Shown in pieces: positions 38,551 to 51,599 of a DNA stretch of 64,000 bases. The position numbers and the translations under genes were made by a program. The stretch is taken from positions 4,898,001-4,962,000 of the forward strand of contig JAYWIR010000008.1 in the NCBI GenBank assembly GCA_036172245.1, in the 5' to 3' direction. This stretch comes from Raillietiella orientalis. Taxonomy: Eukaryota. Every line of letters starts with the position of its first letter. Positions within the stretch are counted from its first letter, which is position 1. Below the pieces are notes generated by a model that was not told where the DNA came from, did not search any database, and saw only the letters and a program-made list of their open reading frames with translations.

Positions 38551-39807
38551 CCTTCTATAGGTCCATGTGACTTCGAGATCACATACTAATATGTCGATAT
38601 CTTATTGATGCATTTAATTTTCGTTACCGCGAGGTGGCATGTACATCTTGTTGTACAGCGTCTCCTTGATAACCAGCAACAGTCATGGCCAACGATATGG
38701 TCAGGTCACGGATATCAACTCCAACCCGAGATATCGAGGTCAATGCTTCTACAAGTTGTCAAGTACAGATAAAAAGTTGTACGAACCATCCTGTGCGGTT
38801 GTCATTCTTTTTCTGTTCTGTCGGTGTTTTGATAAACGAGAAAAAGCCTACGTAACAGCTCTTGGTCTGTATGTCAATAATCTCTTATTTTTTTGCATGT
38901 AGACAATCGTTTTGCTATTATTTTCACATGATATAACTTTGTGACTTTCAATAAGCTGTAATGGTGGGATTCGGCGTTTTTCTTTTTGGTTTTGTATATT
39001 AGAGGTCTAATGTGAATACCAAAGCACATAAAAATAAAAGAGTAGTAAGACTAAGAAGAAGCATTAGCGGCAATGGAACCGTGGATTCTGCATCAGAATC
39101 CGACTCGGACGAAGATCAGCCAACGGAGTTTACCCGACGACGTGCAAATACTATTGATGGCGACGATGAATTGAGTGGTGAATCATCATCAGATGATGAA
39201 AATTTAAAATCACAGAAAATCTCTTGGCAATCAGCATCCCATCCGAAAAATAGTCTTCATCATCCTTGGAAGGGAAACTGTCCTGAAGATCCTGAAGCAC
39301 CCCACTCTCCTATGACTTACTTCAGAAAATTATTTGATGACGAAATTACAAGTGATATAGTTGACTGTATATATTCCAATATTAAGCAATTCTCAACTTT
39401 ATTCCAATACGCATGGCAACGTGATCCAGCAAAACCCATGGGTTTTCACCTAATGAAATAGAGCAATTCTTTGGTTTTCCCCAAGTCCCACAAGGGGTGG
39501 GGTAAGTTTATTTTCTCTTTCATTCACACTACAATCTCATTCATAATGAGCAATTCTTTGGTTGTTGCTTTTCCATGTCGATTTGCAGGTTGTTTTATGG
39601 AATTCCACACTTAAAGCTTTTACACGCGCAAGCGCAAACGTTGGGCGGCGTTGTGACCCCAAAGTTACAAAGCACATTCGTTGTAATAAAGTCATTTACA
39701 CTGCTGAATTCATTATTAATTTGTATTTAGAGGTTGATATTCGTTGATTTCACGTTACATAATTTTTTTTTTTTCATAGCCATAAAAACAATTCCGACTA
39801 TAGAGTG
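38551..39807 (+). mobile_element. Internally deleted piggyBac-family DNA transposon
   Basis: TTAA at 38547-38550 and 39808-39811 with imperfect TIRs (CCTTCTATAG vs CACTCTATAG, 8/10); internal acidic N-terminus, SPMTYFRKLFDDEI..IV, YAWQ and EIEQFFG..MSI, typical of the PGBD transposase N-terminal part. Confidence 0.7.
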
Positions 39808-39879
39808 TTAAAAAAAAAAGGATTGACCACATCCTCTCTCTAATGTGTGAAAATTAATTCCAAGAGCGAGGGAGGAACC

Positions 39880-40600
39880 CTTGCTGCTGCCTGGCGAATG
39901 ATGGGGAACGATTTTAAAATCCAAGCACCGGAACACTCGATAGGCGATGGGCGTCCGCTGCTGCCAACTTCGCCCACTGACCTTCCTCAGGTTCACTCTC
40001 ACACCAACTGACTTCACCTCGAATGCTCTTCAAACGTGCAGGTGTGGGGCCATACAAAGTGAGCGGGATAAACTTTCTGCAACCCGAGCCACTTCATCTC
40101 CTTCAACGCGATCTCCATCGCACTCTGAAGCAAAACTTGACTCTCGTTCGACGGGCGGTGAGCGCTGACAAACATCCTGACTGCTGCCGAAGGAAAGAGG
40201 GAAACCGTTCAAGATTGGCTCGTGGCTACCCCTACCCGGTCCACGGTGCTTTCTTTTCGTGAGCGGGTTCCACTGCTTGGAAACCCTGTCGGATCGTACG
40301 GCTCCATTCCCATTTCGTCTGGGAGTCGATGCTGACGATCGAATGGAATGCAAGGCGATTATGCAGCATTTCCGGTAATGGAAACGCTTCCCAGAAAATT
40401 TCTGATCTGTCGAAAGTAATTGTATGAAACGATCCTGACAGAAACCCGGGACCCACATTTCTGTTGGTGGGTAGCGTAGAGACTCTTGAGCCCTTAGGCG
40501 TCCTTTAGGGAGTTCGGTTCGTTCACTCGACAAGCAGCAGTCGATGCATTGGTAGCTATAGTTGTGATAGCCTTCCGGCACGGGAAGTGACTGCTTACGG
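39880..40600 (-). mobile_element. Decayed Ty3/gypsy-like reverse transcriptase remnant
   Basis: Across frames: SIVSI..KWEWSR..GF (cf. SPivvV.K..wR..Df), FQSAMEIAL (cf. FQr.M..vL), KSVGVRVNLRK, VLGF. Confidence 0.45.
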
Positions 40601-42199
40601 ATGTGCGATTTCCGGAACAGGGCACTCAATTTGACGGAAGCCATGGACGAGGATGGAACCCTCTCGAGTTCAGTGGTCCTTACAAACTTGATGAAATCGT
40701 TTTGCTTTGTGAAACAGGTAAAAGGAAGTAGAAGAAGAAGAAAAGAGACGAGGGACAAATGGAAAGCCCACCTAACTTCATTTCGTCACTTCATCCATAG
40801 AGCACTTCGGTTGGCATGAAAGGCCAAGGGAAACCCAAGAGGGATTACTGGGAACGAGGGCCCGCAAGCAGAGGCAGTAAAGAACTGCTCTCCCATCATC
40901 CGGGTGGCATCGCTAGCTGAGCGCGCAGCCAAGTGGCGAAGCCTCCAAAACAGAGGAGGACGGCCAGACGAAGGCCTCAAGGGAAGGGAGGCCAGGAATT
41001 CGATCCCGACCTCCAGTCAGAGAACTAGGAAAAGGGAACCGAGAAAAGGAAAGCTCCCACTGCGAGGAGAGTAAGCAGGAGTTCGTCTCTTGAGCGCTCT
41101 TAAAGAGCGCCTCCTGATTTTATTTTTCCTTCCTGTTTCGCTGAGAAACTGAAGACTTACCAAGGTAGGTCTTGGGCTTGCTGCCAAGGTAGAGCTCCGC
41201 ATCCAGTCATGGCAAGAGACCGGCTGCTAGAGGCTAGGTCGCCTTGGGAGGAGGCATCAGTAGGCGGTTTGCAGATTCTGGTTCCGCGACGGACGCACCA
41301 AGTCAATTAGGGAAAGCAGGAGAAGCGCAATGGTACATTTTCCGGAAACTGCTCCTCGTTCCGTCTTTCGCTATAATGGCATGAAAACCTCTTTCCGCAC
41401 AACCAGGAGATAAATTGGTCTGCAGATATCCCAGTCTTTGGAGAAGCTGTGTGCTTGGACCGAAAGCGCACTGTGCTGGTTGCCTTCAGAAGAGTAGGGA
41501 GGACTCTAAAATTCTGGGACGGGATGTAAAAAAAAAGGAAAAAGAAGCAGGTCCTGGATAAAAGGATGTAGCGTCTGTGCATCTTCGATGGGAGATCGAG
41601 ATTCAGACTGTGGGAGATAAACAGCAGCAGCAGCAACAGGAGTAGGAATCTCCGAGAAAGAAGTGGCGTCACCTGGCGTTTCAGTCGAGCACGACAGACT
41701 CGTGAAAGAGGAGGAATGTTCTAGAAGAGATGCTTGTCCAAGAGATGCTGCATTTTACTTGGGAACGTCCTTTGCCGAAGAGAATCCTGCTTTCCGGGAA
41801 AGTTTAAAATGCGATCGTAGCGCTCTGTCCAAGGAGACAAAAAAAAGCACAGACGTGCTAGACAAGTCAAAGCTCCGGGAGATGGAGGGAAGTGGAAAGA
41901 AAGAGGCAGGGGAACGAAAGGGATTTCCAGGCGGCGGGGAATACTGCAACCGAAAGAAGGATGGCGGCAGGGCATCCAGGACAAGAGAATCCTGGAACTC
42001 CTCCGACAAAGTTGACCGGATGGTAACCGGAGTGATTCGCATGCACTCTCCCTCGAGGAGGGAAAAGAATGGGCAGTCTATTCTTCATGGAAGAACAAAA
42101 AGTTTCCTTGAAGCAAGAGAAGCCCTCTCTCTCCTCTCTCCCCCAGAACGAGAAGGCAGGAATGCAACTTGAGAACAGGACGTCCCTAACAAGGTCTTC

Positions 42200-43500
42200 T
42201 CGGAACTGCAAAGGCAAAGCGCTGCTCCGGTGACACGTCGCTTCACGTGCGCACCCCTGCAGGTCTCTTCCACTCTTCGGAACGTCCCTTCGCAGATCAT
42301 CCACCGCCGGGCATCTGAGAGAGCTCTGCCTCCTCGGATGCTGCAGAAACAGCAACGGTCTGCAGCGGCCGGGAGCGAACCCACTAGAAGGAGCTCCGCA
42401 AGGACAAAGCGAAGGACCTCGCGCATTTACTCCAGAAGGATAACGGGTTGCACATCCGGGGCGCTTCCCTCGGAGATGCGGATGCGCCGCAGGTTCCAGA
42501 TCTTCATGCCGGCATCATCACTTTCGTTTGCACTTCCGCTCGCGCGTTCCTCGACGCACGAGCCTTGTCGTCTCGAAAAGAGATATTGCTTGCGAAGATG
42601 GGATCCAAGAATCAGCATCCGAGAAACCACTGCAACAGAATCGGTGCCGACCGCTCTAAACGTAGCGATCCACGCAACGCTGTGGGACAGGCCGATTCGG
42701 CCTCGCGGCGACCGGTCTGGTGAGGAGCCGACCTCTCGCTGGGAAAGAACCCTAACGCGCAAAAGGGAATAGCGGCTTTGGTGTGTTCTCGAAATCTCGC
42801 CCAGACCGCCCAAGTCTTCCTCCATGGTATGTAAGCAGACATTCCCTCGTTGCCTCTGATCCCTATCTTTTTCTAGGTGGTCAGAAGCCCTAAGGGTACG
42901 TGCGCATTCGTTGGCCTGATTCATGACTAGAATCCCTCAGCTAGCCGGCCGCATCCCCGAAGAAACCAACCAACCAGATGGGACGGTTCGTTTTGCCCTA
43001 CTGATGAATGGTCGTTGCGATGGAAACGTCCTGCTCGAGACGCGAGAAACCTCAGGTTCAGACATTTGGCACGCGTTCTTGGGCGGACGGACGGCGGGGC
43101 GAAGGTGCCATTCGACGGGTTATGCCCGGACGCCTTTGAGACAGCACCCGTCTAGTCGGGAGCAACGAGTCGAGTCGCACCTCCGGCATCCTCCTCAGGG
43201 TAGGCAAAGGCAACCCAGAAGACTTTTCGATGGAGATCTGCTGCAGTCTCGCCTTGCCTTAGGTTGACAGAGTCAATCGTTCAGGCGTGCCGTGACGTTT
43301 CTTTCGTTCTCCAGAGAGGGATCCTGCCGCAGTCAAGCCCCGGCAAGCGAAAACCTGGTGTCTTTTGGAGCAGCGCGCACGGCGTCCGTGCGGAGCAACT
43401 CGGCCAGCGGACGCACGCGCTCTTTCGTCATCCTGATCGTATCCAGTATCCCATATGGCGAAGACGGGCTGTCAGATTGTCTACGGACAACCTGCGTACT
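42200..43500 (-). mobile_element. Decayed Ty3/gypsy-like pol remnant (RT tail-RNase H)
   Basis: HMGYWI..G RT tail and a DG/DAS-like RNase H start; shares GGAGATCTGCT and flanking similarity (43232-43242) with 52319-52329 and 58080-58090. Confidence 0.4.
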
Positions 43501-45949
43501 GAGAGGGGCGTTGTAATTAGTAGAGCAACCACCACACTGCTATCTACTGAGACCAAGCCTTTTCGGTCGAGGATTTTTTGCAAAAGGAAAAAGACAAACA
43601 AAAGGAGGAACCAACCAACAAATGCGAGTCAGAACGTGCATTGTCTCCAGGACTTCGAAGATTCGCTCCGAAAATTTTTAGTGTCCCCTATCGGGATAAC
43701 CTTCGGGACTCCATCGGTTGCTCCGCACTTGTGATCTCATCCTCTCCGTTCCCTTGACGATCACCTCAGCGAGCCCATCTCGTTCCTCCGAGCCGTCCTC
43801 CCGCATTGCAACTAGTGTCTCAGTCCATGAAACCTTCGCTTGTTCGCAAGGGGCCCCCCGGTTTGAGTGGAAGAAGGGAAATCCCTCCTCTGGATCCATC
43901 CTTTCGTAGGCGCCTGTCACAGCTTCCCATGTCGTGGAGCCTCTGTCGAGCGGTTGCCGTCGAGATGCTTCTTGTTGGCAGGGGAATCCGTTCTGGCGTT
44001 CGAAAGGAAAGCGGTGCAGACATGCCCCAAAGAACAGCGACGCCACAGAGGAGGGATTCAGAGGCAGCTGGGCACCAGAGGGCGCGCGTCCACTCGAAGG
44101 AAATTTCTCTCTCCACAAAAACCAAATCCGGAAGGAATAGAGGAGAGAGTCCCTCTGAAATGGGACGTGTCTCTCCGAAGTAGCTGGGACATCCGCTGGA
44201 TGCAGTCTTGCTAGATAACCTCCAAACGAGAAACCACGGACCTACTCGACTACGCTGTCAAGTACTCAGGAGGGGGCCATCGCCAGCCTGCTGACCTGCC
44301 CGAGAAGGCAAGTCAAGCAAGCAGGCGTGGCTAAAATCCACTGTGCCGCCCGCGTGGCTGCGGCAGTCCCCGCGCTCGGTAAAAGGCGTGGGTCTCGAGT
44401 TCCTCGCAAGATGGTGCGGAGATACGGTGCGGGCTCCCAGTGTTCGTCGGCAGGGCGCGCTCGCGTCCGCGGTCGGATGTCACGTTGACCAGGCGGGAAC
44501 ACAGTAGTAGTCCCCATCGCGGTTCCTTCCAAGGCTTCAGGAGAGTGGTCCCTTTGGAGTCATCTTCCTTGCCTGATGAGCGCTTCGAGTGCTTGACAGT
44601 GAAAGAGCCCCCATGTGGCGGTATTATGGAGCCGTTCATTCCTCCCCCCCTCCTTCTCCCCCCATAATGAATAAGTAAACACAGCTGTACCGAATGGGAG
44701 GATTAGGGTTGGAACCAAGGAAGCGAATCCTCTCCGTGAAGTCCTCAGATCTCTTGGACAGGTTCTTCGACGACGTCGACGAAGAGAACGCCCCCCGGAT
44801 GGCAGGAAGCTACGAGAAAGATACCGCTCAGACCCCCCTTCCTCCTTCTCCGCCATTTCCCGGAGAAGATAGACGTCTGCGTTCGGCGTTTTCCCAGCAT
44901 CGTGTATTATTCTCTTGTCCACCGGCCTGATTGGCGGCGTTCCCCGAGCCGTACCTGCGAGGAAACCCTGAGGAATGAGGACGTGCTACGTCTTTGTCTG
45001 CTTTGAACAAACGTCCCGGGGTTACCCGTCCCGGGTTTAAAACATCGACGGAATGGAACCGGTCTAAGGAACGGAGGAGGCTGTGGAAAGTCCCCTCCCG
45101 CGTCTTTCTTTGCGCATCCCTGAATCTTTCAAAGAAGACTAAAATGATCCCGGAGTCCAGTGCGAAGCGAAAAGCACGGGCGGGGAGTTGGAGGAGAGGA
45201 CTTCGGAGATCGCACGCGATTCGAGACGATGCAACCATCCTTGGTTTCCCGCATGGGGTCGGTGCCGCGCGTTCTTCCCTACCGCTCTCCGTGTGGAAAC
45301 AGGGACGGTCCCCCGGCTCCTTCTCCAAGTGGAAGAGCTCGAGGCGAGTTCAGTCTGATTGTCACATTGTCGAACTGCTTGGAAGAAAGGAAGGAACCCG
45401 CAGGTGTGTCCTGCTGCACGACGTCATACCGCGGCATTGACGAGGTGCTTTGAACCAGAAACCCACCGCCGATGACGGGGACTTCGGCATGCTCGCGTGT
45501 GACAAGACTGCAGGTTTTGACCTTTTTTCCCGCTTCCCAACCCTGGCTTATCGCTTTGGCGATTCACCAACGAAAGATTTCCATTGCCTTAATTGCTCAT
45601 GATCTTCTTAATGGTCTTATGGTGTGCTCTGAAGAACTGTTTCTTTCCCTCACGATTTACCTGCGCGGTTCCCGAAATTTTCCGTGCCCCTCATCGAGAA
45701 ATTTCCAGTGTCTCCCCAACGAGATAACCTCCTGAATGCTGTCGGTGGATACACACTTCGTAACCTCATCTTCTCCTACGCATCCTCTTGGAGTTCCTCA
45801 CGCAGCTACTGGGAATGCGAGTGAACATGTACTGAGCCTCCTCCTACGGGAGCGACCCGCTTTGTTTTCAGTGGGCACTACTCCCATGGGCAGTAGGTTT
45901 AGGCGTGTACGAAACAGTGACCAGGGATATTTCTCAGTGAACAAAAGAT

Positions 45950-46130
45950 GGCTCCAGATGCAGGAATCCAGGAATGTTCCTCTCACGCCTACAAGGGATC
46001 CTCGAAGGGGACCACTACATTTTTTCTTCTCTGGAGGTAACCCTCAAGGGACGCTTCTCATTTTTTCTGGAGAGAGCACCTCGAAGGGAGCACACTTCTC
46101 TGCACTCTGGAGAGGCATCCTGTATCGGCT
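45950..46130 (+). repeat. Copy of the ~40-nt-subunit dispersed repeat family
   Basis: GAATCCAGGAA..GTTCCTCT and CGAAGGGAGCA..CACTCTGGAGAG match 1289-1590. Confidence 0.6.
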
Positions 46131-46749
46131 CACCACCCGTTCGGTGGTGGACACCATCAGTGGATCTGCACGCCGTGGATCCATCCACGCGGCACGAACT
46201 CACCTTCCCCCACCTTTGCGGAAGGAGGCGCGAAGGACGTCAGCGCGCGTCTATTTAGGATTGCTGAAAGATGGGACGAACTCCTGGTCCCTGGTAGCGG
46301 TGTTGCTGGGCGTCCCTGGTGGCAGGCAACGTCCGACGGATCAAGGCCTCCACCAGGTCCACCAAGAAGCTTCGGGAGCCGGTGATCGCTCCGAGGATGG
46401 ACGTGGAGTGGAGTGCCGAGGACTGTTTCTCTGCTCCGCCTGCGACGGAGTGTCGGCAACTGGAAGAGAGCACTCGCCGTAGGATCCCATAGATCTTGGG
46501 CTCCAGGAGGAGGAGGAACGCTGAAGGAATCGCGGATTCCCAAGAAACCGGAGGGCCGACCGGAGAGAATGGGCCGCGACATTTACAGGAGGCATCGGGT
46601 GGATTGCCGCAGGCGCCCCCAAGAACAACGAGCTGAAGATACGGGCAGAGAAGATGTTAGGAAAACTTCATCTCTTCTAGCTTCTTGTATCCTACTCCAT
46701 CAACACGGATGTAATCAACGAAATGGGTAAAAACAGCAGCATCCCTACC

Positions 46750-48010
46750 CGACCTGAGCGGGGGTGCATTGCTCAGGTAGGGTAGGGATTCTGTGCTTGT
46801 CACCTGCACGCACGTTCCTTGCGTCTGCGCAGCACGGTCCAAGAAGAGGTCCCCACCGCGCGCCGAGGAATGGCGAGTCTCTCTCTTGGACATGCGTCTG
46901 TTTCTTGCAAGGTACTCTTCTGTACCAGCGAGGGCGCATCCGGGACGGTTCTGCGCATTCCGCTCCTCCGCCTGTGGGTCCGCACCAAATTTTCCCAAGT
47001 CCGTCAGCGGTGACGAGGTGGCGGCTCGAGCTTTTCCTCCCGTGAATCGAGCTAAATCTCTTGTTTTTCTCTGGAGCTGCCTTTTCCCCCGGACGGTGGT
47101 TAGGTGGAGAGAGGCGTTGAGACGCTGCTCAAGCAAGGAAATAGCTCTATCAGAAGACGTCGCTTCTCGCTCCCGCGGCGTAACTCTTGTCCGATGACTG
47201 TGACCGTGTTTTGTGGAGTGCACGCGAAGGTCACCGGATCGCTCTAGTTCACCAGAATCCCAAATGCAGTGAGCATTGGTGTGCATGTGGGTGCCTGGGG
47301 AGGGGGGTCGCGGTGCGCGACAGAGAGAGTTCTTGCGAGCCTTACCTCTCCCCCCCTTCGCTCCTCTCCTGTCTTCACTCCCATTTCCGAACGCCGGACG
47401 CCCCTCGGGGAGCGGAGGAGCCTCTTCAAATTCGCCCCTTGCACTATGGTGATCTCCTGCAAGATTTTTCGGAGAGGTTCTAGCACTGCAGCAAGGACGC
47501 ACAAACTTCCAGCATCACCAACGAACGAATCCCTTTCTCCTCCTTCTTCAGCCCAGGCATCCCCTTGAGCTGGTACAGCGGATGGTACTCAAAAGGGGAA
47601 GGACAGTGTCTCATTCAATTCATGCGAACAAGGGGGGAGGTCAGGGGAGTTCCCTGCCATCGCCACCTCTCCGCTGACTCCACAGTTTTCTTCCCATCCT
47701 CCAATTCAGCAGCCACTGGAGGCTGCAGTCCACGGGGGTGGCCGTGACATGGACGATGATCTGGCTGTTCTTCCGGTGGATGCAGCGAGAGAGACCGGGG
47801 AGCTGTTGCTGCATCTCTGCCGATTGGTTCCGCCTGGAGCTGCGGAATCCCCGGCTCCCTCAGCGGCGCATTTCTCGTTGCGTCCGGAAGGTCCCGCGAC
47901 GAGAGCCAGAAGCGACTTCCTACGAGGAGAGGAAGAACCAGCCCACGGCGCCAGCTTTCTTTTCATTGCCTCCCCTGATTCAAAGGTCTTTTGAAGAGCA
48001 CTCGAGCGGG
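46750..48010 (-). mobile_element. Decayed L1-like ORF2 C-terminal remnant
   Basis: KRKLAPWAGSSSPRRKSLL resembles the post-RT K.L..W....LS..GR..L motif. Confidence 0.35.
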
Positions 48011-48015
48011 TAGCC

Positions 48016-48426
48016 CTACTGGTCCCTCCTCGCCTTGAGGCGGGTAACTGCATTCTCGAGGGTGTCTTCGGCGCCGGAGGGGACCCATTCGACCCTTCTA
48101 GTGTACGTCCCGCGTGTATCGAACGGTCGCGCTGCCCCCCAAGCCTCGAGTACAGACTGGCTGCGGGCCACCAGCACGACCCGCTGCTTTCCGAGCACTG
48201 CCATCTTCCGGATCTGTGCTGCCATCTGGAATGCAGGAAGGTCGCGACCGGGATCGGGGATACGGCTGCTAGTGCGACGAGCAGGGATGTACGTGGGCGG
48301 TTGCCACGGCAGGGCGCAGTTCGGGATCTCTGCTAAGCAATCATTCCGGCTCCGATCCGCATCTTGATCCATCTTTGTGTTCGGCTCGAAGCGCGTGGTT
48401 ACTTCCCGCGGACCAAGTTCGTCCAC
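48016..48426 (-). mobile_element. Decayed Ty3/gypsy-type RNase H remnant
   Basis: RDLPAFQMAAQIRKMAVLGKQRVVLVARSQSVL...VEWVPSGAEDTLENAVTRL follows the ELLA..A...fr.yL.G..f.l.TDH..L / y.PG..N..ADALSRL pattern. Confidence 0.5.
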
Positions 48427-49949
48427 GCGAACCGTTTACATCAGTATGCTGCATCTTGGGAAGCAAGCTCATCAGATGGCCTTTTACTGTACGAAGAAGG
48501 GTTCAGGGGAAACACCAGATTAAATGGACTCTCCACAACAAGAGGGGGAGAGGGGGGAGAGATGACTTCTAGATGCAAGATAATCCCACACGAGCAAGCG
48601 GAAACGTGCAAGACGCTGGACCCATGTGCTCCCGTTGCTACGGCGTTTTTACGAGCTTCCCATCGGGCCAGACGCTATCAAACAATCCATAAAATTTTAA
48701 GAAAATGTTGAGGAGTTCTTGAGAGGAACCGTGTCGACAGCATGTCCGCATCCAGGAAATTGAGGACGGGATAAGACTGACAAACATAATGTGGCAACGG
48801 CCCATTCTGGCATCATAAATTTCCCTGCCGGCAACTTGCAGGCCATTCGGATAGATGAAAATGCACCCCCGTTCGGGATCTGTTGAAGAATCAGAGCCTT
48901 AATGCCGTGAGGGAAGGACGCGTCCCGTCCAGTCCATCCCCCCCCCCCTTCCCGGATTGAGAGCGCAGGAAAACGGAAACTGCGAGGGAGGCGCTGGCGT
49001 GGGCTCGGCTACCGGCGATGGCACAGCGGGTCACTCGGGTCAATCATCGCCAAGAACGCAAACTTGTGGGCTTCGCCATCTCGAGAGATTCTCCTTCCCG
49101 TCCCGATGGCACTCTTCGGGGAACTTCTTTGGTGCCCGCACTGGCTTTTAGATCGGAAGCAAGGACTTGGGAAAGGTAAAAGTTCATCATTTAGCGAGCG
49201 GTCGGAGCGGAAAGATCAGGAAATGACAGCGCAAAAAGGCAGATGCAGGGTTCTTCTTCTTCCTCTTTCCTCCGCGGCTGTTGATTCAATCTCTACGGTA
49301 AAAGGCGTTGCTCTTGAGAGATGGAAACGTGAATGACATCGTGAGTGCTCAAGGACGTTCATTCCAAATCGCTCCTGTTTCCGCCTTGATTGCCGATGCT
49401 CATGCGATTGCCAGTGGAGAAATACGCTGCGCGCTCTGGGAGTTCCTCTTCGTGCGCCCCGCTCCACGCCTGCAGCAAGCCCTCTGCACCGCAATTGGAA
49501 TTCCCCCCTCCCCTCCTCTCCTCTCTCCCTCCCTCTCTCCCCCTAATCTGGAGTGCCCGAAGGTTCTGTGAGCTCCAAAGTTGGAGGCTGCACTCTTTTC
49601 GAAAGTCAAACGCTCCTGAATCTGGCTGAGCGAAACGCAAGCACGCAAACATTCCCTGGACTTGCGTGCACCAGGGAAGCTGCAGGCTTCGTCTGCTTGA
49701 TACTTGTTAAGGGAAAGAGAATACATTTGTATCTACACTGTTCGTGCTGCATGCCAGAAACAGACTGCTCTCCCGTTCTTTCATCCGCTCCTTCCCTGTG
49801 CGTGTGATTCTTGCACTCTGGAAGCTCATTGTTGAGTTCCCGGAACGCATGGGAAGATGCGGCTGAGCCGATGCATTTCTTGTCAAAGGGCGAAAGCGAA
49901 GAGAAATCCGTTTTTTTTCTTTTTCTTCCAAAAAAGAAAAAGAATATAA

Positions 49950-50540
49950 CGGATGACCCTTTCAGAAATATTCGGAAGCGTTCCTTCGGGGTTCTCTTCA
50001 GAGGAGGCGGAAACAGGAAGCGGATCCTTTCCGGAGGGTACCTACAGAGAGAATCAGGATGAGGTGGTTCCCTTTGGAGACAACCTGGATGGGACGTGCG
50101 TTCCCTCCCCCCTTTCCTCTCCGGGAGGATCCTTCCCAAGAGTGAGAGGAACGGACTCTAAGCCCGTCCTGGATTCATAGGACGGGGCTCCATCCTGAGG
50201 CGCTACCTATCCTGAAGAATTACAGTGAAGAATTGCACGCCCCCCTGCGGGCTGCCACAGGTCGAGTGACGTGGAAACAAACAGTGTGTTCACAAAGGCA
50301 CGTGCGCCGCGAGGCACGCGACCGGCTCTTGAGGTACTTAGCAAACCAAAAAAAAAGACAACCAGGATGAGGGTTCCCTTCAGGGTTGCCTCCCAATCGT
50401 AAGAGGAGCGGACCCCTTCCTCCGGAGCTTTCCTGGATTCATAGGGTGGTCCCTCCGGGGTTATTCCCCCCTTAAATTAAAGAATCACACGCACCCTCGG
50501 ATGGTGCGGACAGTGCTGAAGAGCTTCGTCAGCCTCCCTT
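49950..50540 (-). repeat. Two adjacent inverted copies of the ~40-nt-subunit dispersed repeat family
   Basis: Reverse complement contains CTCCAAAGGGAACC, CCGGAAAGGATC, CTCTGAAGAGAACC and CCCGGAGGGACCACCCTATG, shared with the 1.2-1.7 kb and 53.8 kb copies. Confidence 0.7.
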
Positions 50541-50659
50541 AAGGAGAAGACGGTTCTTCAGTACTTTGCGAATCAAAAAACAAACTCGAAGAAAAATCTG
50601 GAATGAAAGCAGCAAAAACAGAAGAACCCGAAAGGATTTCCATCCTCCTTTCGGTCCCC

Positions 50660-51586
50660 TCTCCCTCAAATGGCCTCAAGTGGCAGTTGGCGCTGCTGGT
50701 GGTGCATGAGGGAGTCCTATGCAAAGTGCGCCTTCACCACTGGACACGGGGGTGGGTGGAATCTCAGTGCGGCAGATGCGGGAAGAAGGAGACCCTCCCG
50801 CACCTGCTGTTGGACTGTGCTGCCCTCCGACCCCTCTGGCATCGCCTCGCGACGATCCTAGGAATCCCGCCAGGCAGCCCCAGGGAAATTTGTAGCACTC
50901 TCTCTTGAGACAAATTCCTATCCCTAGAGAGATGAACCCTGTCAGTTTTCGCTGCCCATCTGCTTGTCTCCACCTGAGACATGCGAGTTGGTGATATTTT
51001 CAGCAGCCCTCTCCGTGGCAATGAAGATATACAAATCACGTGACAATTCTCATGGTCCACATGGGAATCTGGATGCCGAGTAGCATGTTTCCAGTCTACT
51101 TTTCAGACGCCTCTTCGTGCGTGGTGCCGCACTGCCGCCAGCTTGCAGCCGCGTCGCTTGCAGTTCTCTGCTGTCTTCGCGGGATCACAGAGGCGTCGTG
51201 CAACGCCCGAAGGAGAGGCCGAAGTGGCAGGGACGCCATCCACTGGCAGCGGATCTTCCTGATGAAGACCGCCTCGAGATGGCCCCACCTGGACGACATA
51301 CGGATGGAACTTGCCGGCACATCCTGAACAGGATGCAGAGGACTCCGGGCAGCGTTCCATGATCCCTTCCCCGTGTATAATTTCCTCTCCCCTGTTTTTG
51401 TGTCTTTTTATTTTATTCTATTTTTGTTTCGTTTTTGCTTTCCCTTCCCCGACGCTGCCGAAGCGGACCTCGCCGGTCTGCGCACCGCTCTTTGGCAGGT
51501 TCGCTGCAGGTGGTAGAACCAAGGGTTCGACCACACCAATGCATTTTTATTGCTTCACGTAATAAATGCCCCGGCATAACCGGGTG
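50660..51586 (+). mobile_element. 5'-truncated Tx1-like LINE 3' end, interrupted by a ~208-bp insertion
   Basis: LKWQLALLVVHEG..CGRCGKKETLPHLLLDCAALRPLW..LCCLRGI..WPHL; 3' UTR with family motifs. Confidence 0.85.
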
Positions 51587-51599
51587 AGAATTATCCTTT

